Shown here: piece after piece, positions 1 to 9,171 of the stretch
How the letters are laid out: every line of letters begins with the position of its first letter
How positions within the stretch are numbered: position 1 is the stretch's first letter
Sequence record: MF360958.1
Direction: 5' to 3' (one strand)
Length of the DNA stretch: 64,000 nucleotides
Notes under the pieces: generated by a model
Told to the model about the DNA's origin: nothing
The model's database searches: none
The model's input: only the letters and a program-made list of their open reading frames with translations
Program-made: the position numbers and the translations under genes

Positions 1-1020
1 GTTATAATTAGATGGATCAATATGAACAACTTCACTAGGGGCCATATTTTTTTTCCCAATTTTATTATCCCAATACTCGCTTCGTGATTCTTCCAATTCA
101 TACTGTTTCGTTGAACTTGGCATATGACCATTTTTCATAAGTAACTCATCTCGAAATTGTTGATTATCTTTTTCTGAATTGAAAACAACAGTAAACGCAT
201 TATTAATAACCGTAGTATAGTAAGAAAAAGGATTAGAAGAAAATAGTTCATTAAATTGAAGCCCTACACTTGATAATTGCACCAATGCATGTGTAATCAT
301 TTCATCAATGTAGGAATAATCTCTCCAATTATGCTTTTTAGAAATACGTTCTGTTAACTTCATAAAAGCTAATCCTAAACCATCATTTATTTTCCCATGT
401 TTTACATCAAATTCTTTATTACTATTATAATGAGATAATGCTACACATTGCACTTGTCCATCAACTATTGCATAATGTTTGTAGGGTGGAAAATTAACTT
501 TTTCTTTATAATCTGATACCAACATATGCTTTTTATTTTTACGAGGTTCACTTGTATAAGGAATATGCTCATAGGTAAAAACTCTTAAAACTAAATCATT
601 CTCATCAATTTCAACATTTTTTGGAAGTTCATTAACACGTTTATTACCATTTTCATATAACTTTCTATTATAATGACCTAGTTTAAGATGATTTAATAAT
701 TTTTCATCAAATTTTCCATTAAATATAACAATTTTATTATCTATATATTCAAAATCCTCAGAAGTTAATAAGTCCATATCTGATTCCTTCAGAACAGAAG
801 TTCTTCGTTTATTCTTTTTTATTCGTTTATTGTTTACTATTTGTAACATTAATTGTTCACGACATTGGTAATATAAATCATCCGCACATGCTATAAAATC
901 ATAATCCAAAAATTTTGTATTACGCCATGTTCCATCAATATACCATGTAAATGATGCCTTTGATAAATGAATATTTCTTAATATTTCTTTATTCTTTAAA
1001 TAGTGTTCTTGTTTTGCCAT
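1..1020 (-). CDS. gp55: T4 gp55-like late-transcription sigma factor (3' end runs off the window; missing from the ORF track)
   Basis: Translated by hand from ATG at 1020: MAKQEHYLKNKEILRNIHLSK...LGLAFMKLTERISKKHNWRDYSYIDEMITHALVQL...SSNPFSYYTTVINNAF...SEKDNQQFRDELL; matches the gp55 pattern (YxxNKE; Y.Y.DEM; NPF.Y.T...NAF). Frame appears open to position 1. Confidence 0.85.
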   Translation of the reverse strand, partial: MAKQEHYLKNKEILRNIHLSKASFTWYIDGTWRNTKFLDYDFIACADDLYYQCREQLMLQIVNNKRIKKNKRRTSVLKESDMDLLTSEDFEYIDNKIVIFNGKFDEKLLNHLKLGHYNRKLYENGNKRVNELPKNVEIDENDLVLRVFTYEHIPYTSEPRKNKKHMLVSDYKEKVNFPPYKHYAIVDGQVQCVALSHYNSNKEFDVKHGKINDGLGLAFMKLTERISKKHNWRDYSYIDEMITHALVQLSSVGLQFNELFSSNPFSYYTTVINNAFTVVFNSEKDNQQFRDELLMKNGHMPSSTKQYELEESRSEYWDNKIGKKNMAPSEVVHIDPSNYN

Positions 1021-1100
1021 AAAAATTATCTCCAAAATTTATTTTCATAAATACTTTTAGTTACATTATCAAATTTTATAAAAATGTCAATAAATTAGGA

Positions 1101-1108
1101 TATAAATA
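1101..1108 (+). promoter_or_regulatory. T4-type late promoter TATAAATA
   Basis: Exact T4 late consensus immediately before the baseplate operon start at 1110. Confidence 0.7.
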
Positions 1109-1109
1109 T

Positions 1110-1790
1110 ATGTCTTTTGCAAATCAATCAAATAATCTTTCGACAATGCCCATTGATAAAGTCAAACTGGTCTTTGATAAAAGTTTACGCGGTAATAATA
1201 ATCAACAATTACGCCAAATTATGCTCGGTGAAAATGCAGTAAATTCTAATAGTAATGGTGAAAAACTTATGCAACCGTTACTAGAAGATGGTGGTATAGT
1301 TTTCGATTATACCCCATCTGTAACTATAACGTATGTTACTAGTTACACACCATTAGATGTGGTTCATAGTAATTATGATTTTTATGCTTTTCAAAAAGCA
1401 GGCGTAAATGACTTTCAAATTGAAGCTCCTATTACCTCAGAAACAAGAGAGAAAGCCAACAAAACTCTTGCTATTATTCACTTTTTAAGAACTTTTAGTA
1501 AAATGAATTTTGGTATTAATGATGATATGCAAGGGTTACCTCCCCGCATACTAAGATTATTTGGTTATGGTGAATATATGATAAATAATGTACCAGTAGC
1601 TATTCGAAATTTTTCTATTGTTTTAGGTCAAGATACGAATTATGTTCAAACAGATTTTCAAACACAAGTTCCATTATCTATGACATTTTCTATTAATTTG
1701 CATATGATGCCTACACCATCAAAAATTAAAAACGAATTTAATCTTCAAGATTTTACAGCGGGAAAATTAATTAAGAAAGGTTACTTATAA
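1110..1790 (+). CDS. Baseplate/tail-tube initiator-like protein (gp48/gp54-like)
   Basis: Motifs YTPSVT..Y, VHSNY, HFLRT..KM.FG, PP..L.LFGYG..M..NVPV; first gene of a baseplate operon. Confidence 0.55.
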   Translation: MSFANQSNNLSTMPIDKVKLVFDKSLRGNNNQQLRQIMLGENAVNSNSNGEKLMQPLLEDGGIVFDYTPSVTITYVTSYTPLDVVHSNYDFYAFQKAGVNDFQIEAPITSETREKANKTLAIIHFLRTFSKMNFGINDDMQGLPPRILRLFGYGEYMINNVPVAIRNFSIVLGQDTNYVQTDFQTQVPLSMTFSINLHMMPTPSKIKNEFNLQDFTAGKLIKKGYL

Positions 1791-2083
1791 TGGCGAAAAA
1801 GAATAATACAAATCCGTATTTCCTAACACCAATAACAGAAAATTATCTTGATATTTTAGTAATGCCTCAAATTGAACATTCTCCAAATGATAAGTTTTGG
1901 ATAATTGAAAAACATTACGAATATAGACCCGATAAATTAGCTAAAGAACTTTATGGTGATGAACGATATTATTATGCATTTATGCTCCGTAATATGGATA
2001 TTATTGAAAATCCGATTTATGATTTTATTTCAGGAATTGAAATAAGATTACCCTCTTTATCAGCAGTTAAAAATTTAGGTTAA
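1790..2083 (+). CDS. gp53: Baseplate wedge subunit, gp53-like (LysM-like)
   Basis: YEYRPDKLAKELYGDERYYYAFMLRN...NPIYDF..G.EI.LP pattern; 97 aa; position in the operon. Confidence 0.75.
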   Translation: MAKKNNTNPYFLTPITENYLDILVMPQIEHSPNDKFWIIEKHYEYRPDKLAKELYGDERYYYAFMLRNMDIIENPIYDFISGIEIRLPSLSAVKNLG

Positions 2084-2086
2084 ACT

Positions 2087-3910
2087 ATGACACCAGAACC
2101 CAATCCATTATTAGATTATACAACATATACATATTCTTTAAAACTTTATGGTATTACAAAAGAAGATTTTAATAATGTAGTTAATGAAGTAAATTTAGAT
2201 CGTATTCATAAACAAAAAATGAATAAAAAAGTTGTTATCGCAGAAAGCGCAGCAACATCAATGATTATCAATGAGTTAAGAATTAAATCAACTCCAGCAA
2301 GTACCGAGGGGTCTTATATTAATGAAATTTCTTTTGATATTCTTCAAATGAAAGGTTATAGTTTAGTAGAATCTATAGTTATGGCATCAAAAATATGTGG
2401 ATGGGAATCAATGATACATGATCCTGTATTTATTTTGGAAATAAATTTTAAAGGTTATAAAAATGTTATAGAACCAGAATTGGATATTTATACAATATCT
2501 CTTCCCATTAAATTTAGTAGTGTTTCTACAACTGTATCATCTAATGGAACAACGTATAATGTTACTGCGGTTTTAAATTATGAACAACAACGTCCTGATA
2601 TAAGTACAATTCCAGAAAAAATAAGTGTTACAAAAAAGCATAGATTTGGAGATTTTATAAGTGAATTTAAAACTAAATTAAATAATAAAATTAAAGAAGA
2701 TATGCAACAAGAAGACGGAGTTATAGAAGCACATGAACATGATTTTGTGATAGATGACGAACCTTTAAGCGGCGATAATATTCCATTAAGAGAATTTGAA
2801 ATATCTAAACCTAATAATAGTGAATCACCTATTTATAATGCTAGTTTAGATAATGAAGGAGAAAACGGATTCACCGAATATAGATTTCCTAATGGAACTT
2901 CGATACCCAAAGCATTAGAAAGCGTAATTGCAACTTCAACAAGAGCACAAAAACTTTTAAATCCTGATAAGAATGATGGCATTGGCATCATGTTCAGAAT
3001 ACAACCTATAGTTGAAATAAAAAAGTTTAATAAAGCAACTGGAAGTAACTCATTAAAAGTAACATGGCATATAACTCATCAAAAAGTTCCAATTCCTACA
3101 AAAAACAATTTGAATGAAAGAGAATATTTAAATCATCTTCTCTCAATAGGTGTTTTAAGAAAAGTATATAATTATTATTTTACTGGTGAAAATGTTGATG
3201 TGACAAATGTTAATATAGATATGAAACATATCTATTTCAATAAATTATCAAAATACAATAATTTATTTATTAACCAATCAAGAAATATACCGTCATTACG
3301 TGTAGTACCTACAGAACCAAGTCTTGAAAAAGCCGTACAAGAAAAGATAAATAATAATGAAAATCATGTAGCTCCTGATAAAATTGAAAATACTGGTTCT
3401 GAAATATACTATGTTGATAATATCACAAATATTACATTTGAAACTGAAAAATATTATAACAAATTTATAAAACAATTTTCATCTTCAACATCTTCAGAAG
3501 GTTCTGCTCCTGAAGAAGGTGCAAACTCCAAGCGTTTCGATTATTATCTTACATTGCATAATATAAGAAATAGTACAAAAAATTCAATGATAACTATGGA
3601 AATGGAAATTCGCGGCGATCCATATTGGCTTAAACCAGCTCATACTGTTTATAATGAAACTACTTTTGGAAAAGATTCTAGAAAAACATTTAATCTTTTA
3701 GCATTCTTCATGGGTTATCCTAATGAGATTCAAGAAAATAATGATAATAGTGTATCATACAGAACGGATTATATGTTTTCTGGATTATATACAGTAATTA
3801 GCGTTGTATCTAATTTTAATGGCGGTAAATTTTCTCAACAATTAGAATGTACAAGAATTTCAGATATTTCAGGTTATGTTGTTGAAGACGAACTTAATAA
3901 CTCAAACTAA
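2087..3910 (+). CDS. Baseplate hub protein (gp27-like)
   Basis: C-terminal I.GDPYWL and SGLYTVISVVSNFNGGKFSQQL motifs; lies between gp53-like and gp5-like genes. Confidence 0.6.
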   Translation: MTPEPNPLLDYTTYTYSLKLYGITKEDFNNVVNEVNLDRIHKQKMNKKVVIAESAATSMIINELRIKSTPASTEGSYINEISFDILQMKGYSLVESIVMASKICGWESMIHDPVFILEINFKGYKNVIEPELDIYTISLPIKFSSVSTTVSSNGTTYNVTAVLNYEQQRPDISTIPEKISVTKKHRFGDFISEFKTKLNNKIKEDMQQEDGVIEAHEHDFVIDDEPLSGDNIPLREFEISKPNNSESPIYNASLDNEGENGFTEYRFPNGTSIPKALESVIATSTRAQKLLNPDKNDGIGIMFRIQPIVEIKKFNKATGSNSLKVTWHITHQKVPIPTKNNLNEREYLNHLLSIGVLRKVYNYYFTGENVDVTNVNIDMKHIYFNKLSKYNNLFINQSRNIPSLRVVPTEPSLEKAVQEKINNNENHVAPDKIENTGSEIYYVDNITNITFETEKYYNKFIKQFSSSTSSEGSAPEEGANSKRFDYYLTLHNIRNSTKNSMITMEMEIRGDPYWLKPAHTVYNETTFGKDSRKTFNLLAFFMGYPNEIQENNDNSVSYRTDYMFSGLYTVISVVSNFNGGKFSQQLECTRISDISGYVVEDELNNSN

Positions 3911-3934
3911 CAATTACATAGGAGTATACGTATA

Positions 3935-5365
3935 ATGCAACAAAGCAGCGATAAACTTTTTGATAAACGTAGTGAACGATTAACCGGCTTATATATGGGT
4001 CTTATTAAAGAAAATAAAGACTTTCAACGTATGGGAAGATTAGAAGTATGGATTTCAGAATTATGTAGTAAAAGCGATGACACAATTCCGGTAATTTATG
4101 CATCACCATTTGCTGGTGCAACAAATCCTGATGATACAAACCCAAATGAGTTAGAAACTTTTGATGGTACTCAAAAATCATATGGGTTTTGGGCTATTCC
4201 ACCTGATATTAACAACACAGTTTTAGTAATGTTTATAGATGGACATATATCAAAAGGTGTATGGTTTTCAGTATTATATCAACAATATATTAATAATATG
4301 ATTCCGAATATACCTGTTGATGATACATTTCAAGAAGAAAGTAAAGGCGATGGAGTGAAAAGACCTTCAGCAGAATATAATATTAATGTGAAAAATGCCA
4401 CGCAAGCAGTACAAGGAACAAAACCATATCATAAACCACATTATGAAGGAATACGCAATCAAGGTTTAAAACGTGATCCTATAAGAGGGTTTTCTCAAAA
4501 CGGAGCTAGAGCAAATAGACGTTCAAAAGTTCTAGGTATGCTTTCCCCCGGTGGGCATTACTGGACATTAGAAGACACTGAAAACGATGAAAAAATACGT
4601 TTAAGAACAAAAAGTGGTACGCAATTACTTCTAGATGAAACTAGAGGCAACGTTTATATTATCAACAAGTCTGGTAAAGGTTGGATCGAGATAGACAATG
4701 ACGGGAAAATCATGGCATATGGCGAACAAGGTATCGGTATACGTTCACAAGGTGATATTAATTTACATGCTGATAATGATATTATATTTGAAGCAGGTCG
4801 TGATATGATCACTAAAACAAAAAGAAACACACATTTTGAAAATATGTCTTTTTTTAACAAATCTAAAGATAAACACGTAGTTAATGTTAAAAATATGAAA
4901 ACAGAAAAATTAGGTCAGCATCATATTTCTGTAAAAGATGATTTCCAATTATCAAGCACAGAAGTAAAAATAGGCTGTGATAGTAAAGATGTTAATACAA
5001 AAACTTGTTCTTTAACCGCATCAGATAGTATGGAGATATTATCAAATAACACATCTTTAACAGCATCAAATGCTATGAACATCTTAGGAAGTTCAAGTTT
5101 AGTTATGTCAACAGGGGGTACATTAACTCAAACCAGTACATCTATGATTCAAAATGTTTCAGGGTTAGCTTCTCCCTCATCACCTGCTGAACCTACTAAA
5201 GTGAACATTATAGAAATACCCGATTTAGATACTTATTCTAAAAATGATATAGAACAACCTCATTCAGATAATGATCCTAAAGAGATACCTATTGAAATAA
5301 TTAATACTATTTATCCAACACATGAGCCGTGCCCTGATCATTCTTCTAAGCCTGAAAAAAGATGA
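3935..5365 (+). CDS. gp5: Baseplate central spike/hub, gp5/VgrG-like, no lysozyme domain seen
   Basis: N-terminal OB-fold pattern (G..K.N.D...GRL.VWI..; SYGFW..PPD....VLV.F), beta-helix-like repeats, terminal PTHEPC..H. Confidence 0.7.
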   Translation: MQQSSDKLFDKRSERLTGLYMGLIKENKDFQRMGRLEVWISELCSKSDDTIPVIYASPFAGATNPDDTNPNELETFDGTQKSYGFWAIPPDINNTVLVMFIDGHISKGVWFSVLYQQYINNMIPNIPVDDTFQEESKGDGVKRPSAEYNINVKNATQAVQGTKPYHKPHYEGIRNQGLKRDPIRGFSQNGARANRRSKVLGMLSPGGHYWTLEDTENDEKIRLRTKSGTQLLLDETRGNVYIINKSGKGWIEIDNDGKIMAYGEQGIGIRSQGDINLHADNDIIFEAGRDMITKTKRNTHFENMSFFNKSKDKHVVNVKNMKTEKLGQHHISVKDDFQLSSTEVKIGCDSKDVNTKTCSLTASDSMEILSNNTSLTASNAMNILGSSSLVMSTGGTLTQTSTSMIQNVSGLASPSSPAEPTKVNIIEIPDLDTYSKNDIEQPHSDNDPKEIPIEIINTIYPTHEPCPDHSSKPEKR

Positions 5366-5680
5366 TCAACAATCATCCTTAGAACAGTTATTATGATTTT
5401 GTGCAATCTTATTTTCATTAAGTCTTAATGACTCAAAAGAACTTTTGCAAATTTGATTTATTGTTTGTTTATCATAATAACTGACATGATTTGGGTTAAG
5501 ATATATCATTCCTTGATTTTGCGTATCAGTTACTAATACAAAACTACCTTTAATTTTATTGATTAAATGACCATTATTATTAATAAGAACATTATTTTTG
5601 ATGTTAATATATAATCCGTCTTCATTTTCATCAATATCTACATATTCCATTAATTTTAATAGTTTTTCATAATTATCCAT
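5366..5680 (-). CDS. Hypothetical protein (start revised to ATG 5680, MDNYEKLL)
   Basis: Directly follows the stop of the 5685-6035 gene; the ORF-track start at 5740 overlaps that gene. Confidence 0.6.
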   Translation of the reverse strand: MDNYEKLLKLMEYVDIDENEDGLYINIKNNVLINNNGHLINKIKGSFVLVTDTQNQGMIYLNPNHVSYYDKQTINQICKSSFESLRLNENKIAQNHNNCSKDDC

Positions 5681-5684
5681 AGCA

Positions 5685-6035
5685 TTACTCTTTATTATTT
5701 TTAATAATATCAATATATTGTTTTTCAAATTGATTATCAATCTTAAAAACAGTTAAAATTTCAGATGATGTTTTATCAAAAGAAAATTGTTTATCATTAG
5801 ATGTTGTTTTATAGATAGGTTCTAATTCAATTTTATTTCTCAAGCGTACTTGAGCTTTACTTCCATTACTAACGCAATGAACTATATATGGATTAGATAA
5901 TGTTATTACTGTTTTAGCAAATTCAGGATTTTGAGGTACATTATAAATACCAACATATTCTGTCATATCTCTAAATTTAATACATATAACATCACCTTCC
6001 TGCAATTGGCTTGTATTTTGTTTTTGTTGTAACAT
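5685..6035 (-). CDS. Hypothetical protein, possible Sm-like beta-barrel
   Basis: GDVICIKF...EYVG....ITLSNPYIV pattern recalls phage Sm-like domains; fold is tentative. Confidence 0.5.
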   Translation of the reverse strand: MLQQKQNTSQLQEGDVICIKFRDMTEYVGIYNVPQNPEFAKTVITLSNPYIVHCVSNGSKAQVRLRNKIELEPIYKTTSNDKQFSFDKTSSEILTVFKIDNQFEKQYIDIIKNNKE

Positions 6036-6056
6036 TTTAATATTTACTCCTAATAG

Positions 6057-6359
6057 TTATTCTTCCTCAATTTCAATTTTAAAGTTTGGGTATCCATATT
6101 GAGCCATAAATTCGTGTGCTTGATCAACTTTATTTTTAACATACTTGTAACTTGATTTAAGAACAACTTCATAACCATTATTATGTACATTATATGTAAT
6201 TTCTTTTGCATCTCCTTCAGTTTTACTAAAAATTTTAATCAACATATTTATTACTAGATTAAATGGAGTATGGTTATCATTGTAAATTACAGCAATATAC
6301 ATTTTAGGTGATGTAACTAAAAGATCGATATTTTCTTTTACACTAGTTTGATCAGACAT
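6057..6359 (-). CDS. clpS: ClpS N-end-rule adaptor homolog
   Basis: YIAVIYNDNHTPFNLVINMLIKIF...AKEITYNVHNNG matches the ClpS NDDxTP...F...A..VH..G core. Confidence 0.85.
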   Translation of the reverse strand: MSDQTSVKENIDLLVTSPKMYIAVIYNDNHTPFNLVINMLIKIFSKTEGDAKEITYNVHNNGYEVVLKSSYKYVKNKVDQAHEFMAQYGYPNFKIEIEEE

Positions 6360-6453
6360 TCTTTTCGCTCCTAATATTCTTTATCGTGATTCATCCAGAC
6401 ATTATACACAATCTGGATGAATATTCAACAACTATTATTTTAATTTTTTCCAT

Positions 6454-6714
6454 TTAATTTTCATAAAAACGACGAAGATGCTCTTGTTCTTTTTGTTTTT
6501 CTTTCTTATGTCGTGCTATAGCTTTTTTCTTTTTTCGTTTTTTCAAATCTGATGGTTTTTCATAGTACATTTTTTCTGAAAATGCTTTCAAACGCCCATC
6601 TTCATCTACTTTTTTCTTAAATTTTTTCAAGGCAGAATCGACATTATCATTTTTAACTTCTACTTTACAACCTTTAATTTTAACAGGTTCATTTTTATAA
6701 TTATTTCTTCGCAT
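6454..6714 (-). CDS. rpsU: Ribosomal protein bS21 (start revised to ATG 6714, GGAGG RBS)
   Basis: VEVKNDNVDSALKKFKKKVDEDGRLKAFSEKMYYEKPSDLKKRKKKKAIAR is the S21 signature. Confidence 0.9.
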   Translation of the reverse strand: MRRNNYKNEPVKIKGCKVEVKNDNVDSALKKFKKKVDEDGRLKAFSEKMYYEKPSDLKKRKKKKAIARHKKEKQKEQEHLRRFYEN

Positions 6715-6730
6715 TTTTCCTCCAAAGATT

Positions 6731-7945
6731 TTAATTGCTTTCTTCAATTCTATTCATTTTTTTCTGATTTTTATACTTAAAACGAGGCGATAGATCTTGA
6801 TAACTTTTATTTTTAGTAAATTGAATAGAACTAACGCCTTTTTCTTTAAGATGTTCTATATTAAATTGTATATCTTCAAGAACATTCTCAAATATTTTAC
6901 GAATTCCTCTCACACCAGTATTGCCTTCAGAAGCTTTATGTGCTATAAATTCTATCGCCTTATTATCAAAAGTCAAGTTTATACCGTCCATTTTAAATAA
7001 TTTTTGATATTGTCTCAATACACTATTATCTGGTTCTGTTATAACTCGCTTCAAATCTTCATTATCTAATTTATGAGTGTGGGTTATTACAGGAAAACGC
7101 CCTATAAGTTCAGGAATTAAACCATAAACATTGAGATCTTCATCATTTACCTCTTTATAAATTTCTTGCATATTAACATTATTTTTCTGTGTTTTATATC
7201 CTATCTTCTTTGTTTTCAATCTTTCTTCAATAATATCTTTTATATCAACAAACGCTCCACCGCCTATAAATAAAATATTAGTTGTATCAATTACAACATC
7301 TTTATCAACTTTTACTTCCTTACCTTCCAACAATTTAAGCATACTAGTCTGTACGCTTTCACCGCCTACATCTTTTCCTGAACTTGGTGATTTTGATTTT
7401 TTCTTTTTATCAAGTTCATCAAAAAATATAATTCCTTTTTCAGCAATTTTTTTGTCGTTGTTAGCCTTTTTGTAAAGCTCCACAACGGCATTATCTACAC
7501 TCTCACCCATATACCCATCTGAAGTCATTACAGAAGTATCTACAATACTCAGAGGAACGTCTATATATTCTGCTATAGTTTTAAGTAAAGCAGTTTTACC
7601 TGTCCCACTTTCACCCATAATCATTATATTACTTTTCTCAACATTTTTTTGTTCTGATTTGGGCATACGGAGTCGTTTGTAATGATTTCGTACTGCTACA
7701 GAAAGTGTTTTTTTAGCATTATATTGAGAAATAATATACTTATCAAGATAATTAACAATATCCTCAGTTGTTGGGATAGAAGATAAATTACAATTTCCAG
7801 ACATAACAGATGATACTCTCATATCATGCATTCTATCAATACAATCTCCGCAAATAAATATTGATTGTTTCTCGGTATTTTCGTTATTGATTTCCATAAA
7901 AAAATCAATATCTTGTTTTGTGTTTTTACAGCTTACGCAGAACAT
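6731..7945 (-). CDS. clpX: ClpX AAA+ unfoldase
   Basis: N-terminal CxxC...CxxC zinc domain, KSNIMIMGESGTGKT Walker A, GYMG pore loop, IIFFDELDK Walker B, IGY ClpP-docking loop, PELIGRFPV. Confidence 0.93.
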   Translation of the reverse strand: MFCVSCKNTKQDIDFFMEINNENTEKQSIFICGDCIDRMHDMRVSSVMSGNCNLSSIPTTEDIVNYLDKYIISQYNAKKTLSVAVRNHYKRLRMPKSEQKNVEKSNIMIMGESGTGKTALLKTIAEYIDVPLSIVDTSVMTSDGYMGESVDNAVVELYKKANNDKKIAEKGIIFFDELDKKKKSKSPSSGKDVGGESVQTSMLKLLEGKEVKVDKDVVIDTTNILFIGGGAFVDIKDIIEERLKTKKIGYKTQKNNVNMQEIYKEVNDEDLNVYGLIPELIGRFPVITHTHKLDNEDLKRVITEPDNSVLRQYQKLFKMDGINLTFDNKAIEFIAHKASEGNTGVRGIRKIFENVLEDIQFNIEHLKEKGVSSIQFTKNKSYQDLSPRFKYKNQKKMNRIEESN

Positions 7946-8016
7946 ATACCCTCATTTTTATTTTTTTTCTACTCCGTTAAAACTTATCATATCCATTGTT
8001 CATTCATTAATTTTTA

Positions 8017-9117
8017 TTATCTATTAATCCAACGATCATTTTTTATATTACTATTTTCTTCATTACTATTTTCTTCATTACTATTTTCTTCATAAAATGA
8101 ATATGAACCTATATTTTGTTTTTTAGGTTCGTCATTATGTTTATGATTGATAGTATCATTATTTTCAGTATTGTCATCCATTTCTTGAGATTTCGAAAAT
8201 TCTTTTTCGAAATCTTTACTAAAACTATCATTATTCGTAATATTAGTTAAATTATAAGCATCTATATGACCCTCATCAAGATTGGCTTCATTAGAATTCA
8301 TATCTCTATCATTATTAGACCTTTTTTTAAATTTTGAAAGTTTTTCATTTATTGACTTTTTTGAATATTTTTTATTATTAGTATTTTTATGAACAGATGC
8401 ATGGTTAGCGCATACTAATATTGTAACTGCAAATGGATCTAAAATAATAATAAGTAATATAATCAACAATCGAACTGCTTTATCAATAGAATCTTCACTT
8501 TTTCCATATACTGCTATAGCAAAATACTTAATAGGTCCAACTTGACTCTCTACTGATTGTTGTTTTGAATGTATATTAGCTTTATCATCTCTTAGTTGTG
8601 ATAATCTTTCTTCAATTTCTCTTATACGTTGTTTTACTGCCTCTCTTTCTTTTTTTTGTTCTTTACGTTTTTTAAGGGCTTTTGATATGTAATTAACATC
8701 CAAATATTGTTCATAAGCTTGATCAAGATTATCGATAACTTTTTCATTACGTTCAAGTTTAGTTTTTTGACGTTCAATCTTACTGTCTATACGTTCCATT
8801 TGATTTTGAACAACACTTTGATCAGTACGATGTTCTAAATAAGAACTGCTTAAAAATCCAAATACCCCTATAGAGGTCACAGCCATTACCGTTACAACAA
8901 TAAACGATAGTAAAAACTTAAATGGAATTGAAATGTATTCTTTGAACTGGTAGAAATATGAAACTAGTGCTAGTTTACCAAATTCAGTCACACTTCCAGC
9001 TATAATAATTGCTAAAGGCGTAGCTGAGAATAAGGCAACTAATCCAAATATTGAAAAATAAGCTGATATACTAGCGATACCAATAGCCGCTATAAAAAGT
9101 AATATTGTTAACATCAT
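8017..9117 (-). CDS. Conserved phage membrane protein with coiled coil
   Basis: Three N-terminal hydrophobic segments, long coiled coil, GPIKYFA...LLIILLIIILDPFAV segment, acidic low-complexity tail. Confidence 0.75.
   Translation of the reverse strand: MMLTILLFIAAIGIASISAYFSIFGLVALFSATPLAIIIAGSVTEFGKLALVSYFYQFKEYISIPFKFLLSFIVVTVMAVTSIGVFGFLSSSYLEHRTDQSVVQNQMERIDSKIERQKTKLERNEKVIDNLDQAYEQYLDVNYISKALKKRKEQKKEREAVKQRIREIEERLSQLRDDKANIHSKQQSVESQVGPIKYFAIAVYGKSEDSIDKAVRLLIILLIIILDPFAVTILVCANHASVHKNTNNKKYSKKSINEKLSKFKKRSNNDRDMNSNEANLDEGHIDAYNLTNITNNDSFSKDFEKEFSKSQEMDDNTENNDTINHKHNDEPKKQNIGSYSFYEENSNEENSNEENSNIKNDRWINR
8048..8092. repeat. 15-bp tandem repeat x3 (TTACTATTTTCTTCA), in-frame EENSN repeats
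   Basis: Three exact copies read directly. Confidence 0.9.
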
Positions 9118-9140
9118 ATATTTTCCTTACTTATTCATAC

Positions 9141-9148
9141 TATTTATG
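9141..9148 (-). promoter_or_regulatory. Late promoter-like CATAAATA
   Basis: One mismatch to TATAAATA, about 24 nt upstream of the 9117 start. Confidence 0.5.
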
Positions 9149-9171
9149 AGATAACCATATGGTTATCTCAG

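Noticed and set aside
4654-4860. Antisense ORF within the gp5-like gene (example of many shadow ORFs, also 11905-12357, 17216-18004, 30272-30649, 44152-44547)
   Set aside because: Fully opposite well-supported genes, no RBS, hydrophobic composition typical of reverse-read AT-rich coding DNA
7865-8095. Plus-strand ORF ending FSSLLFSSLLFSS
   Set aside because: Reverse reading of the 15-bp repeat in the membrane-protein gene
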